Shown here in pieces: positions 8,310-15,910 of a stretch of DNA of 20,000 bases. Position 1 is the stretch's first letter; each line of letters begins with the position of its first letter. The translations under genes were made by a program, and so were the position numbers. The notes beneath the pieces were generated by a model that ran no database searches, had not been told where the DNA came from, and worked only from the letters and a program-made list of their open reading frames with translations. The stretch comes from an uncultured virus (IMG/VR IMGVR_UViG_3300020213_000033) (taxonomy: Duplodnaviria > Heunggongvirae > Uroviricota > Caudoviricetes): the IMG/VR virus record IMGVR_UViG_3300020213_000033, one strand, 5' to 3'.

Positions 8310-8808
8310 TCGCTGCTCCTTCGAGTATGTGGTGATGAGATTAGCCAAGGTCAGGAGCCCACGAGGCAGACGGCTCCCCATACCCTCTGAAGAGAGGATG
8401 CGAAAGCCTGCCCCGTTGGGTTGCGACAGCCAATGGCCGATCGCCCTTTCGTGGCCCGACGCTGCCCGTTAGCACAGCGCGTCGGATGGTCCGGACTTTT
8501 CGAGACGCGGCTTACGGCGTCCCCCTCTACTCAGGCTCCAGACCTCCCGGCCCGACCTGCCCACACTCCGTAGTCACCCGAGTTGTGTGGTCCGTGCGGT
8601 AATCGATGGCGCTAGGTGGCGTCGTCCTGGCTCCCCACCATCGACTAAGCAGGGTATACTCTCCGAACTGGCTGGGCGGGAAGTGGGAGTCATCCCCCAC
8701 ACCATCTGGTCGCCCGGCGGCGCGAGGGCCTGCTTCCCTTCGCGTTGCCGGGCATCTTCCCCCCTTTGGTCCTCCAATAGCAAGTACGCTCCTGATTGAT
8801 AGAGCGAT
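8310..8808 (-). other. ~500-bp structured non-coding interval (candidate ncRNA, leader or replication origin)
   Basis: Only large gap in a compact gene array; many inverted repeats (8354-8377, 8384-8397, 8423-8444, 8456-8485, 8603-8644, 8683-8700). Confidence 0.45.
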
Positions 8809-11568
8809 CTAGCGCCGGCCACGCCGGTGGTGTAGGGCGCTGTCGATGAGCGCGCCGGCGGCGCCGCTGGTCAGCGTGGCCGCGTTGAACGGCACGCGGA
8901 GACGCTTCAGGAACTCCATCTGCTTCGTGCTCGCGGGGTTCCCCTTCCAGCGCGCGGTGCGGCTCTTCATTTTCGCGACGCTGCCGCGCTGCTCGGTCAC
9001 GTAGGACTCGCCGAGCATCACGGCCGTGGCGAGGTTGGCGATCTGTGACGCGATGGTGCGCTGGCGTAGGGCCGTCGCATCCGCCGCGCGTGGGTGGAAC
9101 TCCACGGCGACGTCCCAGTGGCCCAGCATGTCCTGAGACACCCGCACCGTCTCGTGGCCGTCGCTCCACGGGTAGTTCAGGCGGTAGACTTCCCCGGCGC
9201 GCATCCAGTCCAGGTGCGTCGCTTGGAGCACGCTGGGGTCCAAGGGCTGCACGTCGAAGACGTTGACCTCGACCAACCGCGAGCGGAGCTGGTCGAGGTC
9301 GGTGAGGCTCGAGAGTATGGCATCGAGATCCACGCCTGCGTGCTCGTCGCGCAGCGCCGCGATGTCCGCCTCGAGCACGTCGAGCCGCTGCCCCTTCGCG
9401 TTGATGAGCGGCGGCAGGCCGTAGAGCACCGGCGCGGCCATCAGACTGTGCTTCCGGCTGATGTCGACCATGTCGAGGATCAGGCAGTCGTCTTTGCCGG
9501 GGAACAGGCGCAGGCCGCGGCCGGTCATCTGGGTATAGAGCGTGGCGCTCTTCGTCGGTTTCAGGTGGAGGATGCACGACGTGCGCGGCAGGTCGGTGCC
9601 CTCGGTCAACAACATGGCGTTGAAGAGGCCATCGATCTGGCCCTCGGTGTACTGGCGCAGTAGCCTCCGGCGGTCGTCGTCCGGGGTCTGGCCGCTGATG
9701 GGCAGGAAGCGATGGCCCGCCTTCTGCCACAGGTCGGCCGCGGCGTGCGCGTGGGCGACGTCCACGGTGAACCCGAGCGTGGGGCGTCCCAGCGCGTGCT
9801 GTTGCCACGCCAGGAGCGCCTGGGCGTTGCGCTGCGGCGTGTTGACGGCCGTCGCTAGGTCCTTCTGGTTGAACTCGCCTGCGGTCGTCCGGACGGCTTC
9901 AAGGCTCGCGTCGGTGGCGACCGCCAGCGCCCGGGGCGGGGCCAGCCACGCATCCTTGATGGCCGCCTTCATCGGATAGGAAAAAGCGATCGTTTGGAAC
10001 ACGACCGACAGCCCGACCGCGTCCGTCCTGTTGGGCGTGGCGGTGAAGCCCACCAGGAGCCGGTCCTGGGGCGCCACGGCGTCCCAGGCGTTCATCCGGG
10101 CCGCAATGGCCTCGGTGCGCTTCGTGCTCGACAACAGCGAGTCTAGGGGGGCCACGCCGCCGTGGTCTGGGAGGAAGCCCAGGACGGCGAGCACGCGCCG
10201 GTAGCTATCGGCCGAGGCGTGGTGGCAGTTCGACACGAAGATGCCGTTTGCGGCATACGTGTGGAAGTCTTCTACTTCGAGATTGTAGACAAGACCGTCC
10301 GCACACACGCCGCCAAATCGGCCGTCACTTCCTGGTTCGAGAACCTCAAGATCGTCCACCCGAGCCCAGCGAGACACGCGCCCTTTTTCGAGTCTTGCGC
10401 CTGTCGTGATTTCGCCCCGTGACTCGGGCCGTCTACTTCGATCCCGATCAGCATCGGCCTGTTGGCGATGTCGATCTTGTAATTCGTCGGGTAGATGCCC
10501 CCCCTCGGCTCCCTGGTCTTGACCACGACTTCTGTCTCCCAGCCGAGCGCCAGCGCCAGCGCGGCCTGCGGCAACGGGATCGGCTTCCCGTTGCCGCCAC
10601 GCGACGTCGGCCTGTGGCCGATCTTGCGAAGTGACGCCTGCATCTTCTCGCGTGCCGAGGCCAGCCGCATCGGGTTGTTCCGCTTCATCCGCGCCGATGC
10701 GTGCTTCCGATTCGTCCGTGCCATCCGCGCCGACGACTCCTCTGATGTTGTCCTGTCCCTGCACTCGTCCGAACAGAAGGCCCGGCCGCTGCGCCTGAAC
10801 GTGTCGATTCGGGCCTTCGTGTCCAACAGTTTCGGGGCGAGGCAGCGGCGACACTGGACGTGTGTTCCTATCTTGATTTTCATTTGGCGGCTCCGTGGTG
10901 ACGGCGATGGTATCACTTCGTCGCAGATCCTCCGCGCGCACCCATCCGCGCATGGTCCAGATCCGGTGATTTGGAGTGCAATGCAGCGTCACGCCGTTGG
11001 ATGCGCGCACGCGCACGATACCGGTCGGCGCTTTGCACATGAGGCGCACGACGCGCTTCTGCTCGATGACGCCGGTGCGCGGGCAGAACGCCGTGACCAT
11101 CTCGCCTACGCGCACGGACTCGATGGGCCGACCATCCACCAGCGTGCCGGCAGGGAAGCACTCGTCCACGATCACGAGCCCGAACTGCATGTGGACCAGG
11201 AGCCGGTGTAGCCGTCGCTGGTCGCGTGCGTCCAGGGTCTGGATACTGGCCACGATGACGTCGGAGTAGACGTTGGCGCATTCGTTTCCCTTTTCCTTCG
11301 TGACGATCAGGCCAGGGTTGTTCTGGCGGATACGCGTCACGGCTTGGGCGATCAGCTCCTCGCGGTGCGCGATGACGAGCATCTTGCGATGCTTCTGCGG
11401 CAGGGAGTCGAGCCAGGGGCCGAGCCGGGTGGGCAAGGACGAGAACACGGTCGTCTTGCCGACCCCGGTGGCCGCCTGGACCAGTACGCGGTTCTGGCCG
11501 GCGAGGCGTGCGGCGACGATACTGTCGAGCATCTTCTCCTGGTAGGGCCGAAGTTCCTGGGACGCCAT
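8809..11568 (-). CDS. Superfamily 2 DExH helicase (ResIII/Irc3-like), intein-containing precursor; 608 aa after splicing
   Basis: LRPYQ Q-motif, ATGVGKT, LVIAHREELI, DE|CHH after splicing, GFTATP, LTEGTDLP, QMTGRGLR. Confidence 0.93.
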   Translation of the reverse strand: MASQELRPYQEKMLDSIVAARLAGQNRVLVQAATGVGKTTVFSSLPTRLGPWLDSLPQKHRKMLVIAHREELIAQAVTRIRQNNPGLIVTKEKGNECANVYSDVIVASIQTLDARDQRRLHRLLVHMQFGLVIVDECFPAGTLVDGRPIESVRVGEMVTAFCPRTGVIEQKRVVRLMCKAPTGIVRVRASNGVTLHCTPNHRIWTMRGWVRAEDLRRSDTIAVTTEPPNENQDRNTRPVSPLPRPETVGHEGPNRHVQAQRPGLLFGRVQGQDNIRGVVGADGTDESEARIGADEAEQPDAAGLGTREDAGVTSQDRPQADVAWRQREADPVAAGRAGAGARLGDRSRGQDQGAEGGHLPDELQDRHRQQADADRDRSRRPESRGEITTGARLEKGRVSRWARVDDLEVLEPGSDGRFGGVCADGLVYNLEVEDFHTYAANGIFVSNCHHASADSYRRVLAVLGFLPDHGGVAPLDSLLSSTKRTEAIAARMNAWDAVAPQDRLLVGFTATPNRTDAVGLSVVFQTIAFSYPMKAAIKDAWLAPPRALAVATDASLEAVRTTAGEFNQKDLATAVNTPQRNAQALLAWQQHALGRPTLGFTVDVAHAHAAADLWQKAGHRFLPISGQTPDDDRRRLLRQYTEGQIDGLFNAMLLTEGTDLPRTSCILHLKPTKSATLYTQMTGRGLRLFPGKDDCLILDMVDISRKHSLMAAPVLYGLPPLINAKGQRLDVLEADIAALRDEHAGVDLDAILSSLTDLDQLRSRLVEVNVFDVQPLDPSVLQATHLDWMRAGEVYRLNYPWSDGHETVRVSQDMLGHWDVAVEFHPRAADATALRQRTIASQIANLATAVMLGESYVTEQRGSVAKMKSRTARWKGNPASTKQMEFLKRLRVPFNAATLTSGAAGALIDSALHHRRGRR
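10228..11160 (-). mobile_element. Intein (311 aa) inserted in helicase motif II
   Basis: Begins CFPAGTLV (block A); block B LHCTPNHRIWT; ends VYNLEVEDFHTYAANGIFVSN followed by Cys+1. Removal restores DECHH. Confidence 0.95.
10272..10883 (-). CDS. Vsr/DUF559-like PD-(D/E)XK endonuclease (putative homing endonuclease) nested in the intein in the +1 frame (203 aa)
   Basis: GGAG 7 nt upstream of ATG 10883. CxxC...FCSxxC Zn motif, basic NNPM...REKM segment (NUMOD3-like), then YKIDIA...IEVDGPSH...QDSKK...L..LGWTILRFSN. Confidence 0.88.
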   Translation of the reverse strand: MKIKIGTHVQCRRCLAPKLLDTKARIDTFRRSGRAFCSDECRDRTTSEESSARMARTNRKHASARMKRNNPMRLASAREKMQASLRKIGHRPTSRGGNGKPIPLPQAALALALGWETEVVVKTREPRGGIYPTNYKIDIANRPMLIGIEVDGPSHGAKSRQAQDSKKGACLAGLGWTILRFSNQEVTADLAACVRTVLSTISK

Positions 11569-11572
11569 GGGG

Positions 11573-12589
11573 TCAGCCCCGGATCTTCGTGTTGGAGATC
11601 AGCCGGACGCCGGGCCAGTGGTTGATAGCCTCGCCCATGCTGCGGGCGCGGGCGGTGAGTTCGGCCTGCTTCACGGTCAGCAGGGCCGAGGCGGGAATGC
11701 GGTAGGGGTTGCCCGGGGCGAGGCACGCCGCGAGGAACGCGCCTTCGTCGAACAGCTCGGCGCGGTAGGTGGTGCGGTCGGCACTGGCCGCGACCTCGGG
11801 CTGCACGGTCACGTCTGCGATCACGACGGGCTTGGCGATGACGGCGGCGGCCTGCTGCCGGAGTTCCACGGCGCGGTCATGCGCCGCGAAGGCCGCGATG
11901 ACCTTCGGCGTCGCCAGGAGCCGGCTGGCGGTCGCGTCCGGGTGCTTGAATCCAGCGGCGCGCGCGGCATTGCCGGCGGACGCGCCATGCCGGCTGCTCG
12001 CGACGAACGCGGCCACGAAGACGCGCTCGCGCTCACTCAGGTCCGGCGACGACGCCTCGGCCTCGAGCGCCGCCTCTTCGAGCTTGCGGAGTTCGGCCGC
12101 GCGCGCCTCGCGTTCGAGGGCTTCGTGGGCGTCCCGCTTGCGCTGCTCCTCGAGCCGCACACGCTGGGCTTCGGCGGCGACCCAGTCGTTGTGCAGCCGC
12201 GTGCCCAGGGCGATGGCGTCCTCCATCGGGCGGTCGGCGCGCTGGAACGCGGCGATCAGGCGCTTGTGCAGCGAGAACACGACGCCGCGTGCGTCCCAAT
12301 GATTGGTTGCCTCACGCCGCTCCGCGGTCCACTGCCGCACGGTCGCCACGATGGCCTCGTCCTCGTCTTTGCTGGTGGGCTGCCGGAGCTGCTTGGCGAC
12401 GTCGAGGGTGTCGAGCGCGCGATCTTCGAGCCGCCGGGCCGTGGTCAGGAACCCGGCGATGTTCGTGAGGAACGATCCCAGCGTGGCGACTTCGGTGTGG
12501 GCGCCGACTTGGAGTGACGTGTCGATCACATCGTCGGCGACAGGGACGGTGACAGGCGTAACGACAGGGACGGTGGGCTTCTTGGCCAT
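11573..12589 (-). CDS. Coiled-coil phage protein (338 aa) with an internal TerS-like HTH
   Basis: AAGGAG RBS; long Glu/Arg/Ala helices; internal LSERERVF...NAARAAGF...ASRLL..PKV; C-terminal WPGVRLI. Confidence 0.75.
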   Translation of the reverse strand: MAKKPTVPVVTPVTVPVADDVIDTSLQVGAHTEVATLGSFLTNIAGFLTTARRLEDRALDTLDVAKQLRQPTSKDEDEAIVATVRQWTAERREATNHWDARGVVFSLHKRLIAAFQRADRPMEDAIALGTRLHNDWVAAEAQRVRLEEQRKRDAHEALEREARAAELRKLEEAALEAEASSPDLSERERVFVAAFVASSRHGASAGNAARAAGFKHPDATASRLLATPKVIAAFAAHDRAVELRQQAAAVIAKPVVIADVTVQPEVAASADRTTYRAELFDEGAFLAACLAPGNPYRIPASALLTVKQAELTARARSMGEAINHWPGVRLISNTKIRG

Positions 12590-12660
12590 GATCGACTGCT
12601 CCTTGAATTGTGGCGAGAGAGAGACGCACGCCGGAGGGTCATGCCTCCGTGCGTGCGGTA

Positions 12661-12690
12661 AGACTACGCGACGACTTGGCGTTTTGTCAA
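12661..12690 (-). promoter_or_regulatory. Sigma70-type promoter TTGACA-N18-TAGTCT followed by a leader stem-loop
   Basis: tgtcaa at 12685-12690 and agacta at 12661-12666; downstream hairpin ACGCACGGAGG..CCTCCG.GCGTGCGT at about 12624-12654. Confidence 0.65.
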
Positions 12691-13199
12691 ATCTCCATCA
12701 GGGCGAGCTGCTGCAGCACGGCCGTCTGGCGGGGCGAGAGGGGGCCGACCGTGCCGGCCTGCCGCTCAGCGGCGACCTCGAACCAGGTCGGCCCGACCGG
12801 GCGCTGGGTGGCTTGGCCGGTGAGGTAGGCGTACATGGCGATGTCGAGGAACCAGACGATCGGCCCCTTGGCGCCGTCCGCCGTGAGGGGCTCCCATTGC
12901 AAGGTGTGCCTGTCGAGGCTGATCGGGTTGTCCTTGTGCCGCTCCGCGCACACCAGCAGCAGGTTGGCGGCGTCGTTGCGGTCCTCGGCCGGGTTGCCGC
13001 CGGCACCCTGATGCGCGCGGTGGCTCACTTCGAGCCGCAGCCGGAGCCGCCGGCACCCGCAGAGCGGAAACCGACAGCCCTTGTCTCGCGCCTTCACGAC
13101 GCGCTTGGACGCGTCAAGGTGCGACTTCCGCGTCTTCGTCCGCAGGGCCCGGCGCACCTTCTGGCTCGGCCCACTGTCTTTCCACAGCGGCGCCGGCAT
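12687..13199 (-). CDS. HNH endonuclease-like protein (170 aa)
   Basis: True start is ATG 13199 (TGATG coupling). ARDKGCRFPLC...LEVSH..H.G.GG......NLLLVC..RH. Confidence 0.75.
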   Translation of the reverse strand: MPAPLWKDSGPSQKVRRALRTKTRKSHLDASKRVVKARDKGCRFPLCGCRRLRLRLEVSHRAHQGAGGNPAEDRNDAANLLLVCAERHKDNPISLDRHTLQWEPLTADGAKGPIVWFLDIAMYAYLTGQATQRPVGPTWFEVAAERQAGTVGPLSPRQTAVLQQLALMEI

Positions 13200-13798
13200 C
13201 AGGCGGCCCGCCGTCCGGCGAACTCGCCCAGGATGCGGCGCGCCTCGTCCAGCTCCTTCATGTCCGTGTGCGGCTTGAGCTTGTACCTGCCGGTCTTCTT
13301 GAGGTACAGCGCGTAGCGCGGGATGCCCTCGGCCGGGAGGCCGACGTGGGGCTCGAGGAGGATGGCCTGCAGCGCCGTCTGGATGCGCGCCGCTGGGGTT
13401 TCGATGCCGCTCTTGATGTCGCACAGCGACTTGGCACCCTGCACCAGCCCGTAGCGGTCTGGGCGTCCGCCGAAGTACCACGTCCAGTTCACGAACGGGA
13501 CTTCGATGTGCTCCCACTCCGGGGCGAGCTCCGCCAGGAACCGCTCGTAGGCGTGGATGTAGCCCAGGACGTCACCCGCGATGAGATCCTTGGCCGACGC
13601 GAAGACACCCATGTCGAGGTCGGCAGTGAGCCGGTGGACGCGCTCGCCGCGGTGGCAGTGCTCGGGCTTGAACCACTGGGCATTGACCTTGCCGGCCTGC
13701 TCGAGCATCCCGGTGATGTGCGGCATGACGGCGCCGGTCTGGTCGTCGATGTACTCGTGGACGTGGCTGTCGAAGCTGAAGGTGCTACTCATCGCCAT
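13199..13798 (-). CDS. PD-(D/E)XK exonuclease (phage RecB/Cas4-like recombination nuclease)
   Basis: F....HEY, RGERVH, E......GGRPDR...LCDIKSG, IQTAL motifs; adjacent to the annealing protein. Confidence 0.85.
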   Translation of the reverse strand: MAMSSTFSFDSHVHEYIDDQTGAVMPHITGMLEQAGKVNAQWFKPEHCHRGERVHRLTADLDMGVFASAKDLIAGDVLGYIHAYERFLAELAPEWEHIEVPFVNWTWYFGGRPDRYGLVQGAKSLCDIKSGIETPAARIQTALQAILLEPHVGLPAEGIPRYALYLKKTGRYKLKPHTDMKELDEARRILGEFAGRRAA

Positions 13799-14879
13799 CG
13801 TCCGATCCCGGCTCGCGGCCTTCGATGCGGGAGAAGTTCGACCATTCGATGTCGTCCGCCCGTGCGGGTTCTGGCGGGGCGCCGGCCGGCAGGGCCTTGG
13901 TCGCGTTCTTCGGGGCTTCGACCCAGCGCACCACCGTGTCGTAGTCGCGCCGCTGGATGTCGGCCGTGGACGTAAGGCGGAACTTCTGCAGCAGGTACTC
14001 GCGGAGTTCCTCGTCGGTGCGCGCCTTGCTCTTGAGGATGGTGAACAGCCGGGCCTGCTGCTGGCGCGTGATGGGCTCGGTTTCGGAGGCGTGCGCGCCG
14101 GCGGGCGCGACGTCGCCGGGCTCGTAGCGGTTGTCGCCCTTCTGCTCGCTCCGGTGGGCTAGCTCGCCCTCGAACGGGGCGGACGATTTCAGCCGCCATT
14201 GCTCCTTGGTCTGCTGGTTGCCCCACTTCTGGCGCACCTGGACCTGCACACAGTGCGCGTGGAGAAACGTCCGCGTGTAGTCCCGGTCCCACAGTTCCGG
14301 GAAGACGCCGATCCGCTTGAGGCAGCGCCGGAGCCCGCTCGCCACGGTACCCTCAGCGGCATCCCCGTAGGATTGCTCCGGGTTTTTGTCTGAATAATCC
14401 TGCTCTCCGACCGCCGCCGCCACGGGTTTCCCGCCGATGTGCAGCACGTAGTAGGCGGTCACTTGCTTCCGCCCGTTCCCGCTCTCCGACAACTTCGGCA
14501 TCGAGGCCGGCAGGAGCGCCCAGCCGAACCGGCCGAACGCGCTATTCATCAGCGCCGTGAGCTGCGGATGGGAGACGTAGACGGCGCCGTTTGGCTTCAC
14601 GCGTAGCCATTCCGCCGGCGCCGGCCGCGCGAGCACGGCTTCCTGCTCGGCCGTGAGCGTCAGCGCCACCATGCCGAGTTGGCCGAGTTGGATGTCGTCA
14701 CCGGAGATGATCCGGTCGGGCGTCGGTGGGGGGACGAGCGCGAGCGCCGCGGCCTCCTGCTTCACGCCGGTGGCGAACACGGGGCGTGGCGTCTTCTTCG
14801 CGGGCGTCGGCGTCTTCTTCGCGGGCGGCTTCGTCTTGGCGAGCGCCGCCGTCTTCGTCGTGGGCGTCTGCTTCTTCAT
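13785..14879 (-). CDS. Single-strand annealing protein, Mgm101/Rad52-Rad22 family
   Basis: VKPNG.VY......MNSAFG.FGW.L.P, A.GEQDY, A.EG....LRRC.K.IGV..ELWD..Y...F closely match the Mgm101 core; ITRQQQARLF C-terminal module is typical of phage SSAPs. Confidence 0.85.
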   Translation of the reverse strand: MKKQTPTTKTAALAKTKPPAKKTPTPAKKTPRPVFATGVKQEAAALALVPPPTPDRIISGDDIQLGQLGMVALTLTAEQEAVLARPAPAEWLRVKPNGAVYVSHPQLTALMNSAFGRFGWALLPASMPKLSESGNGRKQVTAYYVLHIGGKPVAAAVGEQDYSDKNPEQSYGDAAEGTVASGLRRCLKRIGVFPELWDRDYTRTFLHAHCVQVQVRQKWGNQQTKEQWRLKSSAPFEGELAHRSEQKGDNRYEPGDVAPAGAHASETEPITRQQQARLFTILKSKARTDEELREYLLQKFRLTSTADIQRRDYDTVVRWVEAPKNATKALPAGAPPEPARADDIEWSNFSRIEGREPGSDDGDE

Positions 14880-14905
14880 GGGTCTGCTCCGTGAGGGTGA
14901 GGGCG

Positions 14906-15190
14906 TTACCGCGTCCGCTTGATGGTCATGTCCGAGTCGGCTCGTCTGGCGGCAGCCGCGCTGAGCACCAGCCGCTCGGTGAGGTCCACCAGCGGTTGGC
15001 CGTGGGTCGCGGCACGCACGGCGAAGTCGATCACGTCCGCGTCGCTGATGCGCTTCCGGCCCGAGGCCAGGAGAAGCGCGCGGCGGATGCGCTCGAACAG
15101 GGCGCCGCCGTCTTTCGACAGGACGCCCTGCACGCGAATGGATTTGTCCGAGGGGTAGAGGGTGTAGGCGGTGCTCTTCGGTGGGGTCAT
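14906..15190 (-). CDS. Small putative transcriptional regulator (ribbon-helix-helix-like, 94 aa)
   Basis: ATG 15190 directly follows a promoter; strand-helix-helix pattern (IRVQGVLS...ISDADVIDFAVR); first gene of the early block. Confidence 0.5.
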   Translation of the reverse strand: MTPPKSTAYTLYPSDKSIRVQGVLSKDGGALFERIRRALLLASGRKRISDADVIDFAVRAATHGQPLVDLTERLVLSAAAARRADSDMTIKRTR

Positions 15191-15226
15191 GCGGGCCAGT
15201 GTGCCGCCCCTGGCCCGATTTGTCAA
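15191..15226 (-). promoter_or_regulatory. Sigma70-type promoter TTGACA-N17-CACACT, probably leaderless, with an inverted repeat around the -10
   Basis: tgtcaa at 15221-15226 and agtgtg at 15198-15203; ATG 7 nt after the -10; cgggcca...tggcccg arms at 15192-15198 and 15211-15217. Confidence 0.65.
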
Positions 15227-15268
15227 GACGCTAGGACGGGAGCACGCCGACGTGTGTGCGAGTCACGA

Positions 15269-15910
15269 TTAACCCACTCCCATCACCATCAACCTCTTTG
15301 GGCCGCCGCCCGCCGCCTCGATGTAATTCATGATCGCTGCGTTGGCGGTATTCGCAGTGGCCGTGGTGAACGGGCCATCTGTCGTTTCCGCGCCGGTCGA
15401 GAGCTTGTATTGACGGAGGTGGCGGCCGAGTGTTTCTGCCCTCGTGAACCCGGCGCCTGCCACTGAGGTATCGATATCCGCAGCGAACGCCGCGCCCACG
15501 ACAATGACGCCCGCGCCAGTGGTCGTGATCGACCCACACGTGTACGTCGTGACGGAGCTATTTGCCGCGTCGTTGGTCTGATCGAATGCGGTCCATGATG
15601 TGGCCGGAATCCACGCGTCAAGATAGCCGCTGAAGACGCTGTTGCCGCCATACGTGATCGTGATGACATGGCTCCCCGTCGTCGCCACGATCAGGCTATA
15701 GAGCCGGATGTGCTCTCCGGCCCCAGATCCGCGCTCTTGCCGGAACGTGAGCGCACCATCGAGATCACTCACCACGCTACTTGGTGTCCCGCCGTCGCGT
15801 TCGCGCAACGACAACGTGACCAAATCCCCCACGACCAGCGACGCGAGTGTGCCGCTCGCCGTCGTGCCGAATCCCTGCGCGAAGGTCGTGCTCGTGCGAA
15901 GCGTCGCCAT
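15269..15910 (-). CDS. Putative virion/tail-associated beta-rich protein (213 aa)
   Basis: Thr/Gly/Ser/Ala-rich; VGDLVTL motif; C-terminal GGGPKRLMVMGVG; GGAG RBS. Confidence 0.6.
   Translation of the reverse strand: MATLRTSTTFAQGFGTTASGTLASLVVGDLVTLSLRERDGGTPSSVVSDLDGALTFRQERGSGAGEHIRLYSLIVATTGSHVITITYGGNSVFSGYLDAWIPATSWTAFDQTNDAANSSVTTYTCGSITTTGAGVIVVGAAFAADIDTSVAGAGFTRAETLGRHLRQYKLSTGAETTDGPFTTATANTANAAIMNYIEAAGGGPKRLMVMGVG

Noticed and set aside
8574..8822. 82-aa ORF and short plus-strand ORFs in the intergenic gap
   Set aside because: No recognisable protein features or convincing RBS; the region is better explained by secondary structure.
8690..9808. 372-aa alternative-frame minus ORF overlapping the helicase C-terminus
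   Set aside because: Arg/Pro-rich off-frame translation with no motif, unlike the nested nuclease in the intein.
10272..10883. Group I/II intron or frameshift error explaining the nested nuclease
   Set aside because: The helicase frame is uninterrupted with complete intein termini, the nuclease has its own RBS, start and stop, and no intron core was recognised.
13199..13798. Cas4 / CRISPR-associated gene
   Set aside because: No Fe-S cysteine cluster pattern, no cas genes or array; the context is an SSAP-exonuclease pair.
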